A stretch of 64,000 bases of DNA, from contig JAGBAS010000028.1 in assembly GCA_017938885.1 (NCBI GenBank), forward strand, positions 909 through 64,908, read 5' to 3'. The stretch is from Clostridia bacterium. Lineage in GTDB: Bacteria; Bacillota; Clostridia; Oscillospirales; CAG-272. This document shows, piece by piece, positions 1 through 8,876 of this stretch (its first letter is position 1; the number at the start of each line of letters is the position of its first letter). The notes beneath the pieces were generated by a model. It ran no database searches and had not been told where the DNA came from. It saw nothing but the letters and a program-made list of their open reading frames with translations. A program made the translations under genes and the position numbers.

Positions 1-54
1 CCGAGAAAGAGGCGAGATCCGAAATCCGCCACAGAAAAGAAGGAGACAGTCATT

Positions 55-786
55 ATGGCCAAGGTGAAATTCGCGGGCCGTATCCATACGCCAATCCAGA
101 CCTTCCATCTTCATTCCCACCCCTTCTGGGAAGTGGTGTGCTACACCCAAGGGTCCGGCACGGTGGAGATCGACGGCACGCCCATCAGTTTTGAAACGGG
201 AGAGATCTTTTTTATTCCTCCCGGCAGTGTGCACTCCGACCACGCCGACGACGGCTTCAAGAACATCCACTACGAGTTTGAGGACATCTCCTTTCCCTAC
301 CAGTCTTGGATCAAATTCCGCGACACCGATGCGGGAGATTTTTTGTCGGTGATCACCAGGCTGTACAATGAATACCAGCTGAAGCGCAAGAACTATACCG
401 AGATCGTAGATAGTCTGCACGACGTCCTGTTGCATTATCTCACGGCCTTTTCGGATGAAGTGCCCCACCATCCCTGCGTGGATATGGCCATCAACCAGAT
501 CGTGACCAACTTCTCCGATCCCTTTTATGACTTGAGCCAGACCATGACGAGCATCCACATGAACCCCGATTATTTCCGCAAGCTCTTCAAAAAAGAAATG
601 GGGGTATCCCCCCTCAAATACCTTACCCAGATCCGTATCTCTCACGCAAAGCGTCTCCTGAGACTGAAGCATCGGTCGGGTATGTCGATTCAGGAGATCG
701 CCTGGCTTTCGGGCTTTCAGGACAGCCTGTACTTCTCCCGTGTGTTTAAGAAAGTTGCCGGCGTACCGCCTCAGGATTGGGAATGA
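55..786 (+). CDS. AraC-family transcriptional regulator (cupin-like sensor half plus AraC double HTH)
   Basis: 243-aa ORF with an RBS (agaaggagacagtcattATG). The N-terminal half is cupin-like (HSHPFWEVVCYTQGSG...FFIPPGSVHSD). The C-terminal half is AraC HTH-like (MNPDYFRKLFKKEMGVSPLKYLTQIRISHAKRLL...IAWLSGFQDSLYFSRVFKK). Confidence 0.85.
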   Translation: MAKVKFAGRIHTPIQTFHLHSHPFWEVVCYTQGSGTVEIDGTPISFETGEIFFIPPGSVHSDHADDGFKNIHYEFEDISFPYQSWIKFRDTDAGDFLSVITRLYNEYQLKRKNYTEIVDSLHDVLLHYLTAFSDEVPHHPCVDMAINQIVTNFSDPFYDLSQTMTSIHMNPDYFRKLFKKEMGVSPLKYLTQIRISHAKRLLRLKHRSGMSIQEIAWLSGFQDSLYFSRVFKKVAGVPPQDWE

Positions 787-987
787 CTTTTTTCGGTACC
801 GTTCCTCTTCATGGGAATCTTGCCGAAAACAACTCGCAAACGGAGGCGAAAGGAGACGGGGGACAATACGGTTAGAAATGCGGGGGAGAATTTGATGGAT
901 TGTCTTAACAGATTCTCAAAGGTAAGCGATAATCCAATACAGGTATCAGCCTGAATTGAACTCTTCCATTCAAGTTGGTTTTTCTTC

Positions 988-1027
988 ACAAAAAAGCAGG
1001 CGCGCAGCTCATATATGCTGCGCGCCT
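988..1027 (-). terminator. Rho-independent terminator candidate for the minus-strand GH95-like operon
   Basis: An 11-bp GC stem (aggcgcgcagc / gctgcgcgcct, 998..1008 and 1017..1027) is followed on the minus strand by TTTTTT (989..995). It lies about 190 nt downstream of the stop at 1215. Confidence 0.5.
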
Positions 1028-1214
1028 TTCATGATTCACTTTGACCGCGTATGATCCTTCGAAAGCGAAAGCTGAATCAATCAATGCCACGATTTCTCCG
1101 GTAACTTTCCTCCATAAGGGATAATAGATGTTATAAAACATACTGAAAAAGCATCATCATGATCGTCCCATATGCTGAACATTTTCTTGATAAGCCTTAG
1201 GTCTCGCCCATAAT

Positions 1215-3329
1215 TCAGTTCAAGATACATTCTGCCCGGATCCGTATGCGCTCACCCAGTTCCGTATCCACCGTAACAAAGCGCGTCTCAGAGGCAAGGA
1301 TCTGCCGTCCGTCGCCCATGATGAGGGTACACCCGCCCTCGGGCACCTCCAACGTCAGGGGCATCCCCCTTTCGCTCAGAATCTCGGCTTGGATCCTGCC
1401 GTTTTCCAGTTCGGCGTCGATGACGAAGGCGCCCTTCGCTCTGAGGCCGCTGAAGCGCGCGGACCGATTCTTGTCCCATACGGGGAACAGACGGATGATC
1501 CCCTCGTAGCTTTGCAAAAGCATCTCGTTGACGGTCGCGGGGATGGCCGCGCTGTTCTCCAGCCCGCCGCCCATGTAGCGGAACATACCGTTGGGCAGCC
1601 CGCGCTTCTCGATGGTCTCATGAATGTGAGCCACGATCTCATCGGGATGGTATTCCAGCCGTGCCGCCATGGGATAGTAGGAGCAGAACCGATTGTGGCT
1701 GTCCCAGATCGAAAGGCGCCTGTGGGTGTTTTGGGCCGCCTCGAATAGCTCGGGCGTGGTGTACTTCCCGATCTCGCCGATGGGATACATGTATTCCAAA
1801 GACAGCTCGCGAAGCTCCTCGCTTCCGTCGATCCCCCGCAGGATCGGCTCGCCGTTGCTCACAAACGTGTCGGCGGCGGGCAAATGATCCAGGATGTGCT
1901 GCCACTTGGGGATCTTCTCGGTATTCCGTCCCAGCGCTCCCGACAGGTCGATCATCAGCTTCATGAGCATACGGATCAGTCCCTTGGACACGATAGGGTT
2001 CTTGTCGTCGTGTCCGCTTGGCATATAATTTAAATCCGAATACCATCCGACCTCGTTGAGGGCGTCGTTGCAGATCTGGTAGGCGCCGTCCTCAAAGACC
2101 AGATAATTCTCCCAAAATTCGGCTGTTGACAGAAGATACTCGTAATACTCCCGCGCCGCAAATTCGGTATCTCTCGTGCCATACCAATGCATCATGGGAA
2201 TGACGGCCGCATAGGCGGCGTTGCTCTTCTGACCGTGGAACAGATGCCCGTGCTCCTTCGTGTAAGGATGGAAATCGGTCTCCAGCCCGTAAGGGCCGAT
2301 CCCGACGGGATAGTAGGCGCCGTCAATACCCAGAAAGTCCTTGGCGTACTGCTTGGCGATGGGCAAGAAATCGTTCAGCGGGGCGCTGTAGCACTCCAAG
2401 AGCTCGGTATGATTGGCCGTGGTGAGGGCGTAAAAGGGCGCCTCGTAGTTGTAATTCAAATGGTAATCCCCGAACCATCCCATGCAGTCCGCCGTAGAGT
2501 AGGCCCCCCAAAGGCCGGGTGGGAATTTTTTGTTCCGCGCACAGCACGCCACCGCATAGATACCGGCATACCAGTAGGTCTCCAGCCGTTCATCGGGAAG
2601 CTCCACACGGCTCTTGGACCAAAAGTTCTGCCACCACGCGCTGTGAGCGGCGAGAAGGCGCTTGCAGTCCTCCTCGTCCAAGACCCGCGCGCTTTCAATG
2701 GCCTGATGCCGGTAGGCGGCCGTATCGTGATTCGTGCTGACGCGGATGGCCCACAGGATCCGCTGTCTGCCGCCCGAGACGGTCCTCGAGACCTGCTTCA
2801 TGGCGCAAATGCCGTAGGTGGGGAATCGGCATGCGGGGGTATCAAAGCCACGTACCGTATAGGTCACGCCATGGGACTCTCCGCTTTGGACGATGGCCTC
2901 CGCCCCTTCAAGAGGGATCAGGGAGGCCGAAGCGGATACGGCAGGATGGGGAAGATCCAGCTGAAGGAGGACTGTGTTGGACTCGGCGCATACGGTGATC
3001 CTCAGATCCGCCGTAAGCTTTCCCAGGGTCAGCCTCAATCCGATATATGCTTCGTCCAGATCCTGGACCGCGCAGTAATCCGCATAGGCCAGATGGGGCA
3101 GAAGGATCTCCACCAGACCCAGAGGGGATATCCCTCCCCACTGCTCCATGCTTGCCCGCCCGTCAGCCTTCCAAAAATCAGCCTTGCCAATATAGATACG
3201 GATCCGATCTGCGCCGCCGGCCAGCATGGCCGTAACGTCACCGTTTCCCGTAATGGCCCCGTCAAGAAGGACCTGAGAGGGAGTTTCCTTGGCAGGCTGA
3301 AGGATGGTCAATCTATGCCGCTTCATCAT
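1215..3329 (-). CDS. Six-hairpin glycoside hydrolase, GH95-like (family call tentative)
   Basis: 704-aa ORF with an RBS (gaaaggggatcgctcATG). The N-terminal pattern ...LDGAITGNGDVTAMLAGGADRIRIYIGKADFW and the central ...GDYHLNYNYEAPFY... resemble GH95-type signatures. No signal peptide is visible. Confidence 0.65.
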   Translation of the reverse strand: MMKRHRLTILQPAKETPSQVLLDGAITGNGDVTAMLAGGADRIRIYIGKADFWKADGRASMEQWGGISPLGLVEILLPHLAYADYCAVQDLDEAYIGLRLTLGKLTADLRITVCAESNTVLLQLDLPHPAVSASASLIPLEGAEAIVQSGESHGVTYTVRGFDTPACRFPTYGICAMKQVSRTVSGGRQRILWAIRVSTNHDTAAYRHQAIESARVLDEEDCKRLLAAHSAWWQNFWSKSRVELPDERLETYWYAGIYAVACCARNKKFPPGLWGAYSTADCMGWFGDYHLNYNYEAPFYALTTANHTELLECYSAPLNDFLPIAKQYAKDFLGIDGAYYPVGIGPYGLETDFHPYTKEHGHLFHGQKSNAAYAAVIPMMHWYGTRDTEFAAREYYEYLLSTAEFWENYLVFEDGAYQICNDALNEVGWYSDLNYMPSGHDDKNPIVSKGLIRMLMKLMIDLSGALGRNTEKIPKWQHILDHLPAADTFVSNGEPILRGIDGSEELRELSLEYMYPIGEIGKYTTPELFEAAQNTHRRLSIWDSHNRFCSYYPMAARLEYHPDEIVAHIHETIEKRGLPNGMFRYMGGGLENSAAIPATVNEMLLQSYEGIIRLFPVWDKNRSARFSGLRAKGAFVIDAELENGRIQAEILSERGMPLTLEVPEGGCTLIMGDGRQILASETRFVTVDTELGERIRIRAECILN

Positions 3330-3407
3330 GAGCGATCCCCTTTCATACGCATTGCTTTGATCTTCATGGCTTCGTTCCTTTCCTTTTTAGGGTGTGTTTT
3401 TAGGGGA

Positions 3408-4469
3408 TCATGAGTAGTAGAACATATACCGTTCCATCGCATCCATCAAGGCGGCCACGTTCTTCAGCGGCACGCCGGGATACAGACCGTAGATCATACA
3501 AAGGCCGCCTTGGGGGGTAGCGAGCGTCGAGACCTCCTTGCGGATCAGGTCGTCGATATCAGCGGGGGTGCCGTAGGGAGTAATCCGTTGGCGGTCAATG
3601 TCCAGCTCCACGCAGATCTTTCCCTTGAAGCGGTTGGCGATCCAATCGATCCCGTTGACCAGATCCTGGAGATTGATGACCTCCACACCGCTGTCGATCA
3701 GGTCGTCTGCCAGGTCGCGGATGTCACCGTCCGAATGCATATGGATGGGGATCCCCGCCTCGCGGGCAGGCTACATGAGCCGCTTGTAGGCGGGCTTTAT
3801 GTACCGACGAAACATGGCGGGAGATAGCATGGGACCCAGCTGCATCCCCAGATCCTCGGGATAGGCCATGGAATCACAGCCGTTCTCCACGAATCGCTTG
3901 ACCAGGGCCAGATTGAACTCGGTCAGCTGATGGATCAGCTCGTCCAGGAGCGGCTCCCCGTCCCACATATCCTCCAGCAGATTCTCATAACCCCTCAGGT
4001 CGCAGAGCTGGAGGAAGGTATGGCCGTGGCGCAGACTCCCTCGGAAGACCCCGCCAGCTGTCTTCACGGCCTTCCACTGCGCCTCTTGCTCCACCCAGTC
4101 CACGGGCACGAGACCGTCGGTGTGGTCCGGGTCGGGGATATGCCAGGTAGTGCCAAAGGCACTCCAATCCTCCAGAGGATGCCCCAGCACCGTCCCCACG
4201 ATGCCGTCATCGGCCGTGTGCCAAACGCATCCCATGGGATCGGTATAGGATCTCGCGGCCATGGCGTTGGGACCGTAGGCCGGCTTCCAGTCCTCGCCCG
4301 GGCGGGTGAAGCCGGGAAACAGGCGGGGATGGGCTTCCATCAGATCGAAGAGCGCGTCCTTAGGGTAATGGTTCCAGCAGGCTGGGTTGATATGAAAGGT
4401 CATGGGAATGTAATCCGGCCCTTCAAATCGCGCAGCTCGGGTAAAATTGTCATTCATATGGTATACCAT
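3408..4469 (-). pseudogene. Uroporphyrinogen-decarboxylase (URO-D/MtaA-like) family gene interrupted by one in-frame TAG at 3771..3773
   Basis: ORFs 3771..4469 and 3408..3740 share one frame. The reading is ...IKPAYKRLM-TAG-PAREAGIPIHMHSDGDIRDLADDLI..., and the sequence is continuous and family-like across the stop. No other lesion is present. Confidence 0.7.
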
Positions 4470-4633
4470 CCTTCGATAAACGTGCTTTATCGAAAATTAC
4501 TTGAAAAACTTGACAGTTGTATGAGCCGTACAGCTGTCGGCATCCATTCCTCGTACGAAACCTCGGTTACAGGAGTGTCATTTCCTACCGCATCTTGCAC
4601 CGGGAACGCAAGAATCCCGATCTCCCATACGGG

Positions 4634-5650
4634 TCACCTCACCATGCCAAGCAGCCCCTTCATCACGGGCCATGCGTCATCGGCATAGAAGCGATGACCG
4701 CCTTCACCCACCACCAGGGCACAATGTCCCGAGGCATCCGAAGCGGCATACAGCTCTTCGATGATACCATAGGTCTTGTTGACGCCGCCGAGGGGGAAGA
4801 TCCCGTCCTCACGGCCGCATACGACGACCAGTTTTTTCGGAGCGATCATGACCGCCAGATCCCCCATATCGAAGGAACGGGCGATACCGGGTATATAGTT
4901 ACAGACGCAATGGTGCAGGCCCACGATGGAGTCGCGGTAGGTACAGACCGCACAGGAGGGCATGAAACCGTCAAAGCGGTGCTCCAGGCAGGCGGTGTAA
5001 TAGGTGGCGGTACCGCCTCCCGAATTGCCCATGAGAACTGAGCCCTTCATGGTGATCCACTCACCGAAATGAGCCTCCATGGCATCCACTACCCGCATGA
5101 CGTCCCAGACCCGCTCCCCAATGAGGGTGCGCCCCAGGAGCATGGCCGTCATGGCGGGGCGTTCACAGGCAGGCCCGTGCTCCGTACCGCCGCAAAGACC
5201 AAAGCCCCGCTGCTCAATGGCCAGGGCTGCGAAGCCTTCCTGCACGGCGCGCACACAAAAATCCCGATCTCCTCCCGCAATAGTGGCCTCGTCTCCCTCG
5301 TATTTGGGCGTTCCCAAGGATATATGGGAGCCTTTGGAGTGCCCTTGAAGGCAGACACAGAGAGGAAGCTTCCCTTCTGCCTCCTTAGGGAGGAGGAGAT
5401 CGCCTCGGGTATAGTATCCTTCCTCGGTCTGAAGGGTAAACTGAATATGCCGGCATCCGCAGAGCTCGCCCTCGGCGGTGATCTCGAACAATGGCTCACA
5501 GGGCATAAAGGTATGAAGCCCCAGAAGCTCCCGCAGCTTGGCGATACAGGTCTTTCGATGCTCCTCAATGGGTGTCGAGCCGTCCCAGCGGAGCGCAGGC
5601 CGAGCGTCTGCGGACAGTTGGATATGATGCAGCAGCGGTTGATGGTTCAT
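4634..5650 (-). CDS. Alpha/beta-hydrolase, putative carbohydrate esterase
   Basis: The ORF contains a nucleophile elbow, GNSGGG (G-x-S-x-G). I placed the start at the second ATG because it has an RBS (atGGAGGAaactATG). The gene lies in a sugar-active operon. Confidence 0.75.
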   Translation of the reverse strand: MNHQPLLHHIQLSADARPALRWDGSTPIEEHRKTCIAKLRELLGLHTFMPCEPLFEITAEGELCGCRHIQFTLQTEEGYYTRGDLLLPKEAEGKLPLCVCLQGHSKGSHISLGTPKYEGDEATIAGGDRDFCVRAVQEGFAALAIEQRGFGLCGGTEHGPACERPAMTAMLLGRTLIGERVWDVMRVVDAMEAHFGEWITMKGSVLMGNSGGGTATYYTACLEHRFDGFMPSCAVCTYRDSIVGLHHCVCNYIPGIARSFDMGDLAVMIAPKKLVVVCGREDGIFPLGGVNKTYGIIEELYAASDASGHCALVVGEGGHRFYADDAWPVMKGLLGMVR

Positions 5651-5686
5651 AGTTTCCTCCATTTTTATTATTTCATGTTGCCTGTT

Positions 5687-6262
5687 TCAAGGTATCCGAT
5701 CAGACGGGAGGGTATCGTTTTGATATAAATAACAGTCCTTATCGTGTGCATATATCACGCCGATCGCTTGCAGATAGGAATAGATGGTAACCGAACCGAC
5801 GAACGTCATGCCTCTGCTTTTCAGATCTTTTGAAATCGCATCAGACAAGCCGTTGGTTGTCCGATCTGTCTCGTATACGGTTACATCCCGCGTAAAGGTT
5901 CTCAAATAATCGTGAAAAGAACCGAACTCATCGACAATTGTCTTGAAAACCCTGCTGTTTCGAATACTGGCCATGATTTTTTGCTGATTGCGGATGATAT
6001 GCGGATTTCCAAGCAGATCACGCACCTTGTTTTCCTCGTATGAAATGACCTTGTCGATCCGAAAACCATCATATGCTTCCCGGAAGTATTCCCTTTTATT
6101 CAGCACGCATTCCCAGGACAGTCCGGCTTGAAAGCATTCCAGGATCAGCATTTCGTACAAATACGCTTCATCGAAATTCGGTTTGCCCCACTCTTCGTCG
6201 TGATAGGCCACGTATCGGGGGTTTTTCAAATTGCACCATTTGCATCGCTTCTTGCCATCCAT
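5687..6262 (-). CDS. tag: DNA-3-methyladenine glycosylase I
   Basis: KRCKWCNLKNPRYVAYHDEEWGKPNFDEAYLYEMLILECFQAGLSWECVLNKRE matches the Tag signature (Cys/His zinc site, YHD-EWG). The start at MDGKK is chosen by length comparison with E. coli Tag. The gene is visibly AT-richer than its neighbours. Confidence 0.85.
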   Translation of the reverse strand: MDGKKRCKWCNLKNPRYVAYHDEEWGKPNFDEAYLYEMLILECFQAGLSWECVLNKREYFREAYDGFRIDKVISYEENKVRDLLGNPHIIRNQQKIMASIRNSRVFKTIVDEFGSFHDYLRTFTRDVTVYETDRTTNGLSDAISKDLKSRGMTFVGSVTIYSYLQAIGVIYAHDKDCYLYQNDTLPSDRIP

Positions 6263-6409
6263 TTTGGTTTGACCTCGCATCGTTTCAATATGCAACAATT
6301 GCATTATACCATATTTTTTACCAAAAGTAAATAGGGCGGCATCGTTTTACGTTCCGTTTTTGTAGGGCGTTCATTGAGCTCCCGCAGGCGATCAACAGCC
6401 TCCTTCCGC

Positions 6410-6441
6410 AAAACAACAAAGCTCCCACCGTAGTGAGAGCC
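6410..6441 (-). terminator. Rho-independent terminator after rpsI
   Basis: Minus-strand hairpin GCTCTCAC-tacg-GTGGGAGC (6421..6440) followed by a T-rich run, tttgttgttttg. Confidence 0.6.
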
Positions 6442-6460
6442 TTGTGTATACAATATAAAA

Positions 6461-6862
6461 TTATCTCTTGGAGAACTGAGGAGCGCGACGAGCGGCCTTG
6501 AGACCGTACTTCTTTCTCTCCTTCATACGAGGGTCGCGGGTCAGGAAGCCGGCGGCCTTCAGGGCGGGACGGTACTCAGCGTCGGCGGTCAGCAGAGCGC
6601 GGGCGACACCGTGACGGATGGCGCCGGCCTGGCCGGAGATACCGCCGCCGGTGACGTTAGCGACGATGTCGAACTTACCGGTGGTACCGGTAACGCCGAA
6701 GGGCTGATTGACGATGAGCTTCAGGGTCTCGAGACCGAAGTAATCATCGATGGAACGGCCGTTGATGGTGATCTCACCGCTGCCGGGGTACAGGCGAACG
6801 CGGGCGACGGACTTCTTTCTGCGGCCGGTGCCGTAGAAGTAGGGCTTTGCACTGGTATACAT
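6461..6862 (-). CDS. rpsI: 30S ribosomal protein S9
   Basis: [18 protein letters not shown]...[25 protein letters not shown]. The alternative upstream ATG at 6868 has poorer RBS spacing. Confidence 0.95.
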   Translation of the reverse strand: MYTSAKPYFYGTGRRKKSVARVRLYPGSGEITINGRSIDDYFGLETLKLIVNQPFGVTGTTGKFDIVANVTGGGISGQAGAIRHGVARALLTADAEYRPALKAAGFLTRDPRMKERKKYGLKAARRAPQFSKR

Positions 6863-6886
6863 ATTCATTGACCTTCCTTTCTTAGA

Positions 6887-7315
6887 TTAGCACTCGTAAG
6901 TCTCGGGCTTCTGAGCCTCGTGCTTATGAGCGGCGCCGGCATAGACCTTCAGACGAGTGAAAGCCTTGCGGCCCAGATGGTTGTGGGGGAGCATACCCTT
7001 GATGGCGAGCTCCATGGCGCGCTCGGGCTTGGTGGCCATCATGGTCTTGGCCTGGACAGCCTTCAGACCGCCAATGTAGCCGGAGTGGCTGTAGTAGTAC
7101 TTCTGCTCCATCTTGCGGCCGGTCAGTACAGCCTTCTCGGCGTTGATGACGATGACGAAGTTACCGCAATCGGCATGGGGGGTGAAGGTGGGATCGTTCT
7201 TACCGCGCAACAGATCTGCAACGGCAACAGCAGTTCTACCCATGGGCTTGTCAGCGGCGTCAACGACGTACCACTTACGGACCACGGTCTCGTTCTTCTG
7301 CATGTAAGTAGACAT
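6887..7315 (-). CDS. rplM: 50S ribosomal protein L13
   Basis: [49 protein letters not shown]... RBS aaaaggagaaagaaacaATG. Confidence 0.95.
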   Translation of the reverse strand: MSTYMQKNETVVRKWYVVDAADKPMGRTAVAVADLLRGKNDPTFTPHADCGNFVIVINAEKAVLTGRKMEQKYYYSHSGYIGGLKAVQAKTMMATKPERAMELAIKGMLPHNHLGRKAFTRLKVYAGAAHKHEAQKPETYEC

Positions 7316-7395
7316 TGTTTCTTTCTCCTTTTAGAATCTTCCACGCCGGATCAACCGATGAGCGGCAAATGGGCATGGGTCGTTTTTTACTCACG
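7316..7395 (-). promoter_or_regulatory. rplM 5' leader (possible L13 autoregulatory leader)
   Basis: An ~80-nt untranslated leader lies between the predicted TSS and the rplM RBS. It contains complementary segments cgccg...cggcg. The class assignment rests on position only. Confidence 0.3.
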
Positions 7396-7401
7396 GCGCA
7401 T

Positions 7402-7430
7402 ATTATAACATACTTCACTGTACTTGTCAA
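7402..7430 (-). promoter_or_regulatory. SigA-type promoter of rplM-rpsI
   Basis: On the minus strand: TTGACA (7430..7425), a 17-nt spacer, then TATAAT (7407..7402). Confidence 0.65.
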
Positions 7431-7676
7431 GTACTTTTTGAAAAATTTTTGATTTTTTTAATTTAGGCCTTGTCAATCTCCCGTTTTCTCGCGTTTTTGC
7501 CTGTTTTGCTCCTTCACACTTTCGTGTCATCACATTTTCGGTACAGTTTCCCTTCTCCGTACTTCCCTGCTTTTGTGCAGAATCCACAAGCCCAAGCACG
7601 TCGGGGTCTATCCTCCCCGGGTGCTGCATAGAATGGAGCAGACGGGGCAAGACCCCAAAAGAAAGGATACAAGCCC

Positions 7677-8669
7677 ATGGAATTTTCTGCTGCATATCTG
7701 CCCGAGGGTCAACTCCTCACCACCGCCCGCAACCGCGAATATACCGCCACACTGCAAGGCCTGGAAAAGGCCATGGAGACGGGAGCCATCATCGAAGGAA
7801 CGGTCATCCTCTGCGATGCCAACATGGATCTGCACGTGGACTTTCCTGCTCTTTCGGGGGTACGGGGGATCATCCCCCGCTGCGAGGCGGTATGGAGCCG
7901 CGACGGAGAACCGCCCAAGGACATTGCCATTCTGACCCGTGTGGGAAAGGCTGTGGCCTGCAAGGTGACGGGCGTGGAATACAATGAAGAAACCGGCACG
8001 ACGGTCTATCTGTCCCGCCGTCTCGCTCAGGCCGAATGCGCGGCGAATTACCTGGACGGGCTGTGCCCGGGGGATGTTTTGCGGGCCAAGGTGACTCATC
8101 TGGAGAGCTTCGGTGCCTTCGTGGATCTGGGATGCGGGGTTCCTTCCCTGCTCTCGGTGGACGGCATCTCCATCTCCCGCATCTCCCATCCGCGGGACAG
8201 ACTCTATAACGGTCAGCTCATCTGGTGCGTGGTCAAAAGCATCGACCGTGAGACGGGGCGCATCTTCGTTTCCACGCGGGAGCTGCTGGGCACCTGGGAG
8301 CAGAACGCCGCGCGGTTTACCCCGGGGCAGACCGTAGCGGGGATCGTGCGGAGCGTGGAGGATTACGGAGTCTTTGTGGAGCTGGCTCCCAATCTGGCGG
8401 GGCTGGCTGAGGTGCGGGACTGCGACCGTGAGGCAGTCCACTCCCTCGTGGGGCGGACGGCGGCGGTGTTCATCAAGAGCATCATCCCCGAGCGCATGAA
8501 GGTCAAGCTGGTGCTGATCGATGCCTACAAGGGGGAGCCGGTTCCCCTGCCTCGGCTCCACTACTTCATTCGTGGAGACGAGGTGAGTCACATCGACCGA
8601 TGGGTCTATTCTCCTTCGGGTGCGAAAAAACGGGTGGAAACGGTGTTTGGGGAGAATGAGAAATGCTAA
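7677..8669 (+). CDS. S1 RNA-binding domain protein (about three S1-like repeats)
   Basis: GDVLRAKVTHLESFGAFVDLGCGVPSLL and GQTVAGIVRSVEDYGVFVELAPNLAGLAEV are S1-fold signatures. RBS gaaaggatacaagcccATG. The last codons and the stop lie inside repeat element A. Confidence 0.8.
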   Translation: MEFSAAYLPEGQLLTTARNREYTATLQGLEKAMETGAIIEGTVILCDANMDLHVDFPALSGVRGIIPRCEAVWSRDGEPPKDIAILTRVGKAVACKVTGVEYNEETGTTVYLSRRLAQAECAANYLDGLCPGDVLRAKVTHLESFGAFVDLGCGVPSLLSVDGISISRISHPRDRLYNGQLIWCVVKSIDRETGRIFVSTRELLGTWEQNAARFTPGQTVAGIVRSVEDYGVFVELAPNLAGLAEVRDCDREAVHSLVGRTAAVFIKSIIPERMKVKLVLIDAYKGEPVPLPRLHYFIRGDEVSHIDRWVYSPSGAKKRVETVFGENEKC

Positions 8670-8819
8670 ATTGGGTTTTATCGGGCCGAAGCCCGACAAA
8701 CTGCAAGTGAAGTACTCCCTTTGATCGAGTGAAAAGCGGCAGAGCCGTTCACTCGCCGCTTGCGGCGTACTTCTCTTGGGTTTAGCGCGCAGCAATAAAC
8801 CCAATTTTTAGCATCGCCT
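8654..8819. repeat. Palindromic intergenic element A (TTGGGTTTATCG-type terminal inverted repeats)
   Basis: The left end aaatgctaaattgggttttatcg matches the reverse complement of the right end, gcgatgctaaaaattgggtttattg. The same termini occur at 40852..41097 and 45791..45987. The inside holds short GC hairpins (cgggc-cgaa-gcccg; gagtgaa/ttcactc; aagcggc/gccgctt). Confidence 0.75.
8776..8809 (+). terminator. Terminator candidate formed by the right end of element A
   Basis: Stem ttgggttta (8776..8784) / taaacccaa (8796..8804) with an 11-nt loop, followed by TTTTT. Confidence 0.5.
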
Positions 8820-8830
8820 CCCCACCGAGA

Positions 8831-8862
8831 ACGCGCCCCCGTCCGAATGGACGGGGGCGCGT
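8831..8862. other. Strong GC hairpin between convergent genes (no U-tract)
   Basis: acgcgcccccgtcc-gaat-ggacgggggcgcgt forms a 14-bp stem. No T-run follows it on either strand. Confidence 0.4.
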
Positions 8863-8876
8863 TGCTGTCGGGGATC

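Noticed and set aside
771-989. 72-aa minus-strand ORF and several 16-21-aa ORFs in the AT-rich 790..1214 spacer.
   Set aside because: The 72-aa ORF overlaps the AraC gene end and has no RBS or recognisable sequence. The tiny ORFs (for example 895..954, MDCLNRFSKVSDNPIQVSA, with a GGGGGAGA upstream) cannot be supported from sequence alone.
3771-3773. Pyrrolysine (Pyl) decoding of the in-frame TAG in the URO-D-family gene.
   Set aside because: TAG is used as an ordinary stop in this window (polC at 26117..26119, the DUF951 gene at 16234..16236). No pylT/pylS/pylBCD is visible. Known Pyl sites are in MttB/MtbB/MtmB-type methyltransferases, not URO-D-fold proteins. I keep this only as something to exclude by a genome-wide check.
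8727-8761. H-type pseudoknot inside element A (gagtgaa / aagcggc / ttcactc / gccgctt in 1-2-1'-2' order).
   Set aside because: The interleaved complementarity is real. With zero-length connecting loops and 7-bp stems, though, a true pseudoknot is sterically implausible. Mutually exclusive alternative hairpins are the simpler reading.
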